Assembly (NCBI GenBank): GCA_964598065.1 | Contig: CAZRAW010000001.1 | Location: forward strand, 1 to 58,678 | DNA: 58,678 nt | Source of the DNA: an uncultured Lentimicrobiaceae bacterium | GTDB lineage: Bacteria > Bacteroidota > Bacteroidia > Bacteroidales > F082 | Direction: 5' to 3' | Shown: piece after piece, positions 1-7,847 of the stretch | How positions within the stretch are numbered: the stretch's first letter is position 1 | Layout of the letters: every line of letters starts with the position of its first letter | Translations under genes and position numbers: made by a program | The notes under the pieces: generated by a model | The model's input: only the letters and a program-made list of their open reading frames with translations | Told to the model about the DNA's origin: nothing | Database searches by the model: none

Positions 1-1
1 G

Positions 2-1285
2 CTGCACAAACCGGTAGATATTTTCGGTAACCACAATGGCATTATCCACCAACATACCGAGGGCAAGAATCAGAGCAAAAAGAACCATCATGTTGATCTT
101 GAAATGGGCAATACCCATTACCATGAAAGCCATAAGCATCGACATGGGAATGGAGAAACCCACAATAAGCGAGTTGCGTGTTCCCAAAAAGAGGAAAAGG
201 ATAAATACCACAAAAATTATCCCCATAATAATACTGTTCTCCAGATTGTTAATCTGTTTTTTCACCTGATCCGACTGGTCGTTGGTAATGGTGATTTTCA
301 GGTTGTCAGGGATAAGTTTCGATTTCCGGGCATCTTTCAATATCTGAAAAACCTGGGAGGTCGTGGAAAGAAGGTTTTCCCCGCTTTTTTTCACTATTTG
401 TAATGTAACAACCGGCTGTTTATCGAGATACGAATAGCTATCGCGTTTTTTAAAACCGTATTTTACCGTGCCGATATCACGCATATAAACGATGTTGCCT
501 TTGTCGCGTTTTACGATGATGTTGGCAATATTTTTAGGATTTTTAAATTCACCGATAATCCGGACAGAGCGGTCTATTTTTCCGATTTTGGCTTCTCCTC
601 CGGAGATGGACAGGTTTTCAAATTTCACGGCATTTTCCACATCGGTAAAGCTCACCTGCATAGCTGCCATCTTTAAAGGATTCAGAAAAATTTTCACTTC
701 CCGGTCGGTAATGCCGGTAATATTTACTTTGGAAACTTCGTAAATGGACTCAAACTGATCTTTCAAATTGTTGGCAAAACCTTTCAGCTCGCTCAGGCTG
801 AAATTCCCCGAAAGGTTTACATTGATGACGGGAAATTCCGATATATCGATGTCGGTAACCTGCGGGTCGCTTGGAAGGTCATCGGGCAGGTCTTTTTTTG
901 CTTTGTCCACCGCATCTTTTATGTCGTCAAGCGCTTTGCGTATATCGACATTCGTATGAAATTCTACAAAAATGCTGGAGGCGTCCTGTGACGAAATAGA
1001 GGTCATCTTTTTGATGCCTTTTACCGCCTCGATTTGTTTTTCCAGCGGACGGGTAACCAGATTTTCCATGTCGATGGGCGGGTTGCCAGGGTAAATGGTT
1101 TGCACCATCACCGTCGGGATTTTAATGTCGGGAAACAATTCCTTGGGCAACGAAACATACGCAACAAATCCGAAAATTATGGTGATTATGGTAAAAAGAT
1201 AGACCGTGTTTTTATTGTTGAGTGCCCAGGTGGAGAGCTTAAAATCCCGTATAATCGTATCTGTTTTTTCTTTCTTTGTATTCAT
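2..1285 (-). CDS. RND efflux transporter permease subunit (AcrB family), 5' part; runs off the window edge
   Basis: Not in the ORF track because no stop codon is in the window. Manual translation from ATG 1285 gives MNTKKEKTDTIIRDFKLSTWALNNKNTV...LPKELFPDIKIP...YPGNPPIDMENLVTRPLE...ALGMLVDNAIVVTENI, containing AcrB hallmark motifs. Lies downstream of an MFP gene. Confidence 0.93.
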   Translation of the reverse strand, partial: MNTKKEKTDTIIRDFKLSTWALNNKNTVYLFTIITIIFGFVAYVSLPKELFPDIKIPTVMVQTIYPGNPPIDMENLVTRPLEKQIEAVKGIKKMTSISSQDASSIFVEFHTNVDIRKALDDIKDAVDKAKKDLPDDLPSDPQVTDIDISEFPVINVNLSGNFSLSELKGFANNLKDQFESIYEVSKVNITGITDREVKIFLNPLKMAAMQVSFTDVENAVKFENLSISGGEAKIGKIDRSVRIIGEFKNPKNIANIIVKRDKGNIVYMRDIGTVKYGFKKRDSYSYLDKQPVVTLQIVKKSGENLLSTTSQVFQILKDARKSKLIPDNLKITITNDQSDQVKKQINNLENSIIMGIIFVVFILFLFLGTRNSLIVGFSIPMSMLMAFMVMGIAHFKINMMVLFALILALGMLVDNAIVVTENIYRFVQ

Positions 1286-1335
1286 ACTTCACTGTTTAAA
1301 AAAGCTTTAAGTTTCGATTTTACTTCAACAGAAAA

Positions 1336-2475
1336 CTATTTCCGAATATTTAAAACAGAACCGTTCGTTACGTTGTTATATCCTTGTGTGATAATTGTTT
1401 CTCCTGTTTTCAGGCCGCTTATCACTTCGGTTGTTTTTTTAAACGATTTTCCTATTTTCACATAACGTTTCCTGGCAATTTTTTGGCCGTCTTCCGTGGT
1501 AACCACATACAGATAATAACCCTGAATGTCTTCACGAATGATAAAGGAAGGAACCACAATAGCTTTAGGATTGGTGTAATCTTTAATCCGGATAATTGCC
1601 AGCATATTAGGCTTCAGCAACTGTTTCGGATTATTTATTTTTAACTGAAGTTTAAAAGTCCGGCTCTGTTTGTTAATGACTTTGCCGATGCGATAGACTT
1701 TTTTATGTAAAATGATTGAAGGGAAAGCTGAAAAGCGAACCTCAACGGCATCCCCTTTATGAATAATCGGTAAATAGGCTTCCGAAATCTGAGAATTTAC
1801 GTAAAGCCGGCTCAGGTTTATCACATGAAAAAACCGTTGACCCGGAATGGCCATCTCGCCGATCTTTAAATCGATGGCATCAACATATCCATCAATGGGT
1901 GATTTAATAAACGAACGCTGATATTGCGTTTGCAGGGTGCTGAGTTTGTTTTGGAGACTTTCATAATTTGTTTTGGCTTGCAGGTACTGTAATTCGGAAC
2001 CGATTTGTTTTTCCCAAAGCGATTTCTGTTTTTTATAGGTGTATGATGCCAGTTCCAGCGAAGTTTTCAGCTCCCTGATATTGTCCTGTATGATATCGGA
2101 ATTGAGTTGTGCCAGCAGTTGGCCTTTTTTAACATAGTCTCCCTCTTTCACAAATATTTTTTCAATCTGTCCGGATACTTCCGGACTTATGTAAGCTTCG
2201 TGAACACTCTCTATTTCGCCGGAAGCATCGAAGAAGTGGTTAAAAACAGTCGGTTGCAATTTACGTACATTCACCGTAATTTTACGTCCGGTGGTTATCT
2301 CCTCGTTTTTGTTTTCTTTATCTAATTTTTGCTGTAGCCTGTCAATTTTTTTATTGATAGCCGTAACCTGTTTTTGATAATTAATAATTTGTTGTTCCGT
2401 TTTGGATTTGTTCTCGTTTCCGCACGAAGACATAAGGAAAAGAAGGGCTACGAGAAAAAGGCTGATATTTTTCAT
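1336..2475 (-). CDS. RND efflux periplasmic adaptor (membrane fusion protein), lipoprotein
   Basis: Lipobox LMSSC; lipoyl-hybrid motifs ISPEVSGQIEKIFVKEGDYVKKGQLL and IKSPIDG; coiled-coil hairpin; operon context. Confidence 0.93.
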   Translation of the reverse strand: MKNISLFLVALLFLMSSCGNENKSKTEQQIINYQKQVTAINKKIDRLQQKLDKENKNEEITTGRKITVNVRKLQPTVFNHFFDASGEIESVHEAYISPEVSGQIEKIFVKEGDYVKKGQLLAQLNSDIIQDNIRELKTSLELASYTYKKQKSLWEKQIGSELQYLQAKTNYESLQNKLSTLQTQYQRSFIKSPIDGYVDAIDLKIGEMAIPGQRFFHVINLSRLYVNSQISEAYLPIIHKGDAVEVRFSAFPSIILHKKVYRIGKVINKQSRTFKLQLKINNPKQLLKPNMLAIIRIKDYTNPKAIVVPSFIIREDIQGYYLYVVTTEDGQKIARKRYVKIGKSFKKTTEVISGLKTGETIITQGYNNVTNGSVLNIRK

Positions 2476-2476
2476 A

Positions 2477-3097
2477 TTATTTTGCCAATTTTAATTGTTC
2501 AAGATTTTTATTTAAATATTCAATTCCCATCGGGGTAAGAATGCCATGCAAATGGTATAAAAACATTTCTTTTGAAAACTCATGAGAATAAATCTCTTCC
2601 TGGCTAAACAAGTCGCTTTCCGAAATATTCTCAATACGCAAAACGGTTAGTTTTGTAATAATTTCTTCGTTCAGCTCTTTCCTGTAAAAGCCTTCGCGCT
2701 TTCCTTTTATCAAATTGTTCAGGGTGGTTTCCCAAATTTTTTCGCGTTTTATCCGGTTAAGTCTGTTATAAATTTCCGGGTAATATTTTTTTAAGTCGAA
2801 TTCGAGCGATGGATTATATTCTTTCAATAATTGCAGATGGACATGAAATATTTTAAGTAACTCCTGCAGAGCGTTTTCCGAATCTTTTTTCTGTTCGTTC
2901 AGGCGGAGGTCGTTGAATATCACTTCGTGCTCAACAACAGCAGCCACAAGATGCATCTTATCCGAAAAATGTTCGTAGAGCGTTTTTTTGGAGATGCCGA
3001 GCTCATGGGCAACATCATCCATAGTAATACTTTTGATGCCGTATTTTTTATAGAGTTGTGCTACCTTGCGGATAATATCCTTGTCTTTTGTATTCAT
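2477..3097 (-). CDS. TetR/AcrR family transcriptional regulator
   Basis: N-terminal HTH YGIKSITMDDVAHELGISKKTLYEHF. Confidence 0.95.
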   Translation of the reverse strand: MNTKDKDIIRKVAQLYKKYGIKSITMDDVAHELGISKKTLYEHFSDKMHLVAAVVEHEVIFNDLRLNEQKKDSENALQELLKIFHVHLQLLKEYNPSLEFDLKKYYPEIYNRLNRIKREKIWETTLNNLIKGKREGFYRKELNEEIITKLTVLRIENISESDLFSQEEIYSHEFSKEMFLYHLHGILTPMGIEYLNKNLEQLKLAK

Positions 3098-3099
3098 GG

Positions 3100-4470
3100 T
3101 TATTGTGCTTTGGTTAAGATAATTTCGAGTTTTTCGGCCGATTTCAGAAGATTGAGGCCTGCGGTGATAAAATCACTTTCTGCATTGAGAAACTGGTTGT
3201 GTGTGTTTAACAAATCGAGGCTTGAGGCCATTCCGTGAGTATATTTTTCGATTGTTATCCTGTAAATTTTCTCCGCAACCTTACGATTTTTCTGTTTGTT
3301 TTCGTAAACGCTCAGAGAATTATAATAATCGTTTCGGGTTGTCTGGTATTGGATACCAAGTTGTGTGGCTGTCTGACGTGCCAAAACCTGTGCCTGCTCA
3401 TAGGCAATTTTGGCCTGTTTTAGTTTTGCTATCCGTTCGCCGCTCGACAAAATGGGAATGCTCATGGTAATCCCGTAAGAGGCGCTCTGATACCATTTTC
3501 CCGAATTAAAGAAATTCCACACATCTCGCTGCCCCTGTGTTTGATAGTTTACAATGGCGTTGATAGAAGGAATAAAAGCCACTTTTGCGAGTTTCACCTG
3601 CAAATCCAATAGCTTTTTATTCGTAATCACAGACTGGAAATCGATGTTATCAGTCAGATTAAAAGACTGTAGCAGAAGTGGGTCGTGTGTTTTCATACGA
3701 ATAAGTTGTGGCAACGTTTGGGTAAGTGCTATGCTGTCGTTTTCTCCCAAGCCGAGATAAAATTTCAGATAAGCCTGTGCAATATCATACTGATTTTTTA
3801 AAAAGGTACGGGAAGCCTGCAGGTTGGCTACCAGCAGATTCATTTGGTCCACGTCCACATCTTTGGCCATGCCGGCTTTGTATATCTGTTGTGTTTCTTT
3901 GGCAAGTTTTTGGGTGATACGAAGCGTAGAGTCAATAATTCGCAAACTTTCAGCGACCGATAACACATTAAAATAAGCATCGGAAACCTGTTCTTTAACT
4001 GCGAGTTTGTTTTTAAAAAATTCTTTGTCGGTGCGTTCCAAAGATACCCGTGCAGCTTTCAAACCAACGAAATAACGTCCATCAAATATTAACTGCCGAA
4101 GGCTTCCACTCAGGTCGGCGCTGTATTTTGTTCCGAATTGTACGGCAATATCCTGTCCGGGCCTTCCGGCCACTTTTCCCGGCAAAATAAAGACCGGACG
4201 AGCAATATTATTCTTGTAATTAACAGCAGCGTTTACCTGCGGAAGTCCCTGCGCCACCGATTCTTTGATTTTCAGCTTGGCAATTTCCAAATCTTTTCCC
4301 GAATTAATCACGCCGTAATTATGTACCATGGAATAATCTACGGCCTGCTTTAGCGAGAAATGCATCACTTTGTGCTGAGGCTGCGACAAAATGTTCGTTA
4401 CCTGCGCATTTAAAATCCCACCACCTGATAAAAGCAGGAAAAGCAAAAAACTAATCTTTTTTATTTTCAT
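3100..4470 (-). CDS. TolC family outer membrane efflux protein
   Basis: Signal peptide from ATG 4470 (MKIKKISFLLF); the track start at 4500 overlaps the promoter box. Two OEP repeats (LPQVNA..., FIPSINA...YGITMSIPILSSG); C-terminal GMASSLDLLN. Confidence 0.92.
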   Translation of the reverse strand: MKIKKISFLLFLLLSGGGILNAQVTNILSQPQHKVMHFSLKQAVDYSMVHNYGVINSGKDLEIAKLKIKESVAQGLPQVNAAVNYKNNIARPVFILPGKVAGRPGQDIAVQFGTKYSADLSGSLRQLIFDGRYFVGLKAARVSLERTDKEFFKNKLAVKEQVSDAYFNVLSVAESLRIIDSTLRITQKLAKETQQIYKAGMAKDVDVDQMNLLVANLQASRTFLKNQYDIAQAYLKFYLGLGENDSIALTQTLPQLIRMKTHDPLLLQSFNLTDNIDFQSVITNKKLLDLQVKLAKVAFIPSINAIVNYQTQGQRDVWNFFNSGKWYQSASYGITMSIPILSSGERIAKLKQAKIAYEQAQVLARQTATQLGIQYQTTRNDYYNSLSVYENKQKNRKVAEKIYRITIEKYTHGMASSLDLLNTHNQFLNAESDFITAGLNLLKSAEKLEIILTKAQ

Positions 4471-4497
4471 AACCTCTGTTCTTCTTGTTTGAGGCTG

Positions 4498-4505
4498 CAA
4501 AAATA
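4498..4505 (-). promoter_or_regulatory. Bacteroidota sigma-A -7 box (TATTTTTG) for the efflux operon
   Basis: Exact TAnnTTTG about 28 nt upstream of the tolC ATG. Confidence 0.6.
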
Positions 4506-4516
4506 AAAAAAATAAA

Positions 4517-4552
4517 CTTTGGAAACTATTTTTACAAAAAAAGTTTCCAAAG
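4517..4552. promoter_or_regulatory. Palindromic operator, probable binding site of the TetR regulator
   Basis: CTTTGGAAACT-a-TTTTT-ac-AAAAA-a-AGTTTCCAAAG, a near-perfect 36-bp inverted repeat just upstream of the -7 box. Confidence 0.65.
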
Positions 4553-4623
4553 ATTATATCTTTTTTTATAAAGGATTGCTTTCAATGGTTTTAACCTGAA
4601 AAAATACAGGGCAAAAAACCCTT

Positions 4624-5442
4624 TTACCGGCTGGTGGTTCCAAAGCTTTTGGTCATAACTTTCAGCAGCGAGTCGATGGGAGGGTGCTTACTATAAAGGC
4701 CGAGTCCGACCGGCCAGGTTCCATACATGGCATTGGGAAGTACAATGTATTTTTTGCCGAAATTGTTCCGCAAAGCTTGCACTTTTTGGTTGCGTTGAGG
4801 ATATTTTCCGGAATCTTCGTAAAGGTCACCGAGATTATCGCCGGCCAGCAGGACGATGTCGTATTTTTTTGAAATCATTTTCCTGCGCGGCCCTTTGTTT
4901 CCGGTGGTTGTTTTCAGATAAATATGCAGGCTATCGGCTTGCGGAAAGCCAAATTTATGCAAATTTTTTAGTGTAACGGCTTTTAACTTTTCACTTCGGT
5001 TAGTAACATAGAAAATATGAAATCCAAGTGAATCGGCATATTTCAAAAAGGAAACTGCTCCCGGTACAGGTTTGGCGGCAGCCTTGCTGACCCAAGTGTC
5101 CCAGTACGCAGGAAAATGTGCATTCTTTTCGATAGTGAGTGCCTGATAAGGGCTGTTGTTCAGCACTGTTTCATCAATATCCACTACCACGGCCATATTT
5201 TTCTTTTTTGGAAATTCCTTACGCAGCAACGTTACCCGTTCTTTGGCCACGTTGTAAGCCTGGTAACACAACGCCTGATATTCGGCAGCGTAATAATTGT
5301 AAAAGGTTGCCATAAGCAACGCATTGTCAGCGGGTTTCTTGCCAGAAGCGAGACTGGTGGAAACCGACTTTTGCTGTTGAACATTAGAGCACGAAAACAG
5401 TGCAATCGACAGCAATACCAAAAGAAACGTTTTTATTTTCAT
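4624..5442 (-). CDS. 5'-nucleotidase / class C acid phosphatase, lipoprotein e(P4) family (HAD)
   Basis: Lipobox LFSC; HAD motifs VVDIDETVLNNSPY, YVTNR, GDNLGD and LPNAMYG. ATG 5442 preferred over the track start at 5451. Confidence 0.92.
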   Translation of the reverse strand: MKIKTFLLVLLSIALFSCSNVQQQKSVSTSLASGKKPADNALLMATFYNYYAAEYQALCYQAYNVAKERVTLLRKEFPKKKNMAVVVDIDETVLNNSPYQALTIEKNAHFPAYWDTWVSKAAAKPVPGAVSFLKYADSLGFHIFYVTNRSEKLKAVTLKNLHKFGFPQADSLHIYLKTTTGNKGPRRKMISKKYDIVLLAGDNLGDLYEDSGKYPQRNQKVQALRNNFGKKYIVLPNAMYGTWPVGLGLYSKHPPIDSLLKVMTKSFGTTSR

Positions 5443-5526
5443 AGCTTTCAATTTTTTTGCAAAGTGAAGAAATATTATTGGTTTTTGAAAGGATTTTGAC
5501 TTCTTTCTTATTTTAATTTAGGGTTT

Positions 5527-5596
5527 CGTCTTTGCGAACACGCCGACCCGGGAATGTTTTTTCATTGAAAGACCGCTTGAGTGTGTGAAGCAACCT
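5527..5596. repeat. REP-like palindromic repeat unit (CGTCTTTGCGA...GAAGCAACCT)
   Basis: Shares the 11-mer CGTCTTTGCGA and a GAAGCAA(C/T)CT end with the element at 14011-14102. Confidence 0.5.
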
Positions 5597-5653
5597 GAAA
5601 AGGCACAAACGAATGCTTATAGACCAGAGCCGGCGAACATTGGGAATTTTCTT

Positions 5654-5661
5654 TACTTTTG
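5654..5661 (+). promoter_or_regulatory. Bacteroidota -7 box (TACTTTTG) upstream of the OTC gene
   Basis: Exact TAnnTTTG about 55 nt before the ATG. Confidence 0.5.
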
Positions 5662-5715
5662 TTGTGGCTTTCTGAGCCGGGAATGAATTTACAAACTGTT
5701 TAAAAACAAAATATT

Positions 5716-6717
5716 ATGGCATTTAACATTAGAAACAGAAACTTTCTGAAGCTGCTGGATTTTACTCCGAAAGAGATAAAATTTATGCTGGATTTGGCTG
5801 TTGATTTGAAAAAGGCAAAATATGCCGGCACCGAACAGCAAAAGCTGAAGGGAAAAAACATTGCTTTGATTTTTGAAAAGGCCTCCACGCGTACCCGTTG
5901 CGCATTCCAAACCGCTGCTTACGACCAGGGCGCCCACATCACCTACCTTGGCCCTACCGGTTCGCAAATGGGAAAAAAGGAAACCATGAAAGACACCGCC
6001 CGTGTACTCGGACGTATGTATGAGGGCATTGAATACCGCGGATTTGGTCAGGAAGTTGTGGAAGAACTGGGAAAATATGCAGGGGTTCCTGTTTGGAACG
6101 GACTGACAACCGAATTCCATCCCACACAAGTTATGGCCGACTTTCTCACCATGATGGAGCATGTTGACAAACCTCTCCACAAAGTATCTTTTGCTTACTG
6201 TGGCGACGCCCGTAACAACATGGGAAACGAGCTGATGGCGGGCGCTGCTAAAATGGGGATGGATTTCCGTGCCGTTGCTCCAAAAAAATATTGGCCTGAA
6301 AAAAAGCTGGTTGAAACCTGCCGCGAAATTGCCAAAGAAACCGGTGCCACCATCACCCTTACCGAAAATGTGGAAGAAGGTGTCAAAGGCGTCGATTATC
6401 TCTATACGGATGTCTGGGTTTCCATGGGTGAGCCTGATGAAGTGTGGGAAGAACGTATCAAATTGTTGTTGCCTTATCAGGTAAATATGGAGATGGTGAA
6501 GAAAACCGGTAACCCGAAAGTAAAATTCCTGCATTGCCTGCCTTCTTTCCATAATGCTGACACGATTGTCGGAAAAGAAATTAAACAAAAATATGGCATC
6601 GAGGCCATGGAAGTTACAGATGAGGTCTTCGAATCGGAGCATTCGGTTGTTTTTGATGAAGCCGAAAACCGTCTCCACACCATCAAAGCCATTATGGTAG
6701 CGACGTTGGGAGAATAA
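5716..6717 (+). CDS. argF: Ornithine carbamoyltransferase (catabolic ArcB-like)
   Basis: Motifs [25 protein letters not shown] and AENRLH. N-terminus MAFNIRNRN and IEYRG resemble Pseudomonas ArcB. Confidence 0.96.
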   Translation: MAFNIRNRNFLKLLDFTPKEIKFMLDLAVDLKKAKYAGTEQQKLKGKNIALIFEKASTRTRCAFQTAAYDQGAHITYLGPTGSQMGKKETMKDTARVLGRMYEGIEYRGFGQEVVEELGKYAGVPVWNGLTTEFHPTQVMADFLTMMEHVDKPLHKVSFAYCGDARNNMGNELMAGAAKMGMDFRAVAPKKYWPEKKLVETCREIAKETGATITLTENVEEGVKGVDYLYTDVWVSMGEPDEVWEERIKLLLPYQVNMEMVKKTGNPKVKFLHCLPSFHNADTIVGKEIKQKYGIEAMEVTDEVFESEHSVVFDEAENRLHTIKAIMVATLGE

Positions 6718-6751
6718 ATTCTGAAAAGCATTCACGCTTCCAGAAGGAAAT

Positions 6752-6782
6752 AAAAAAGCCTGCTTTTTCAGCAGGCTTTTTT
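6752..6782. terminator. Bidirectional intrinsic terminator
   Basis: AAAAAAGCCTGCT-tttc-AGCAGGCTTTTTT between convergent genes. Confidence 0.85.
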
Positions 6783-6807
6783 ATTTTATTTATTGAATAT
6801 TTTTCTT

Positions 6808-7731
6808 TTATCGCAAAGAAAGTGAAGCATGGCCAATAGAATTATTTCCCTCAAAAACATCTACTTTGTAGAGACCCGGTTTCAATTTCAGGATTCGACG
6901 GCGCGACCACTCCATACAGACATTAATAGCCTGATGTTGATAGTTAATCTCTTTTTTCGCTGTGTATTGCAATCTTTTACCGTTATACATAAACGAGTAT
7001 TCTTCGCTGTCGCTAATCACAAGAATTTTCTTGTTCGGATTGGCAATACGCACATAAATAGTTCGTAATCCGGATTTGGCAACATCATTTTGTGCCACGG
7101 TAAAACAGACCTTAATCATGCTGACCCTTCTCACCTTGTCTGTTTTTCGCTCACGTCCGGAACCGGTAACATGCACTGCAGTAACATGATAACCGAAGGT
7201 CTGCAGAACACTTGCCTGTTCAACCTTTTGGCTGAGCGTTTTTTTCTCGGTCATCAGTTGGGCATTTTTATATTTTTCCTGCTGAAGAACCACTTTTATC
7301 TGATGATTTTCCTTTATCAAGGCATGGTTTTCAGTGTATAATGAATCCATTTGACGCACATAGCCCTGAGCTATTTTCTGCAGACTGCCGAGTTCTTTTT
7401 TAATTCTGTAATACGCCCAGCGGGTATTCATCAGCTTTTTGATTTCCACAGCTCTAGCCTGAATAACACTGTCTTTTAAAGAAAGCGAATCGGACAATTG
7501 ACCGTATTCGGCTTTAATTTTGTTGTGAGCCGCCATGAGCGAGTCCAGCTGAGCCTTAAACTCAGTACGCTGTGCCTCTTTTTCGACTTTTTCCTTGTGT
7601 ACTTCATCCAACGAACCTATGGCCCAGAAAGCCAGCCCGATTATGACCACTGCAAGAATGACAATTAATACCAGCATTCCGACTGCCGGCTTTTTTTTGT
7701 TGTTTTTCAATACTTTACTCTCTTCTTCCAT
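6808..7731 (-). CDS. Hypothetical membrane-anchored coiled-coil protein with C-terminal beta domain
   Basis: Single N-terminal TM helix, long heptad region, beta-rich C-terminus (GLYKVDVF); -7 box TAGTTTTG at 7752-7759. Confidence 0.8.
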   Translation of the reverse strand: MEEESKVLKNNKKKPAVGMLVLIVILAVVIIGLAFWAIGSLDEVHKEKVEKEAQRTEFKAQLDSLMAAHNKIKAEYGQLSDSLSLKDSVIQARAVEIKKLMNTRWAYYRIKKELGSLQKIAQGYVRQMDSLYTENHALIKENHQIKVVLQQEKYKNAQLMTEKKTLSQKVEQASVLQTFGYHVTAVHVTGSGRERKTDKVRRVSMIKVCFTVAQNDVAKSGLRTIYVRIANPNKKILVISDSEEYSFMYNGKRLQYTAKKEINYQHQAINVCMEWSRRRILKLKPGLYKVDVFEGNNSIGHASLSLR

Positions 7732-7847
7732 GATTTTAAGATTATTTTTTGCAAAACTAATATAAAAAACCGAAAATCAATCCGAATGAGCACATTTTTA
7801 AATTGTTGAGTAAATTTTTATTCCTTCTTCCAAAAAAAGAACGTATT

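Noticed and set aside
5689-6735. 348-aa ORF antisense to the OTC gene
   Set aside because: Codon-register shadow of a conserved gene; no recognisable motifs or own expression signals.
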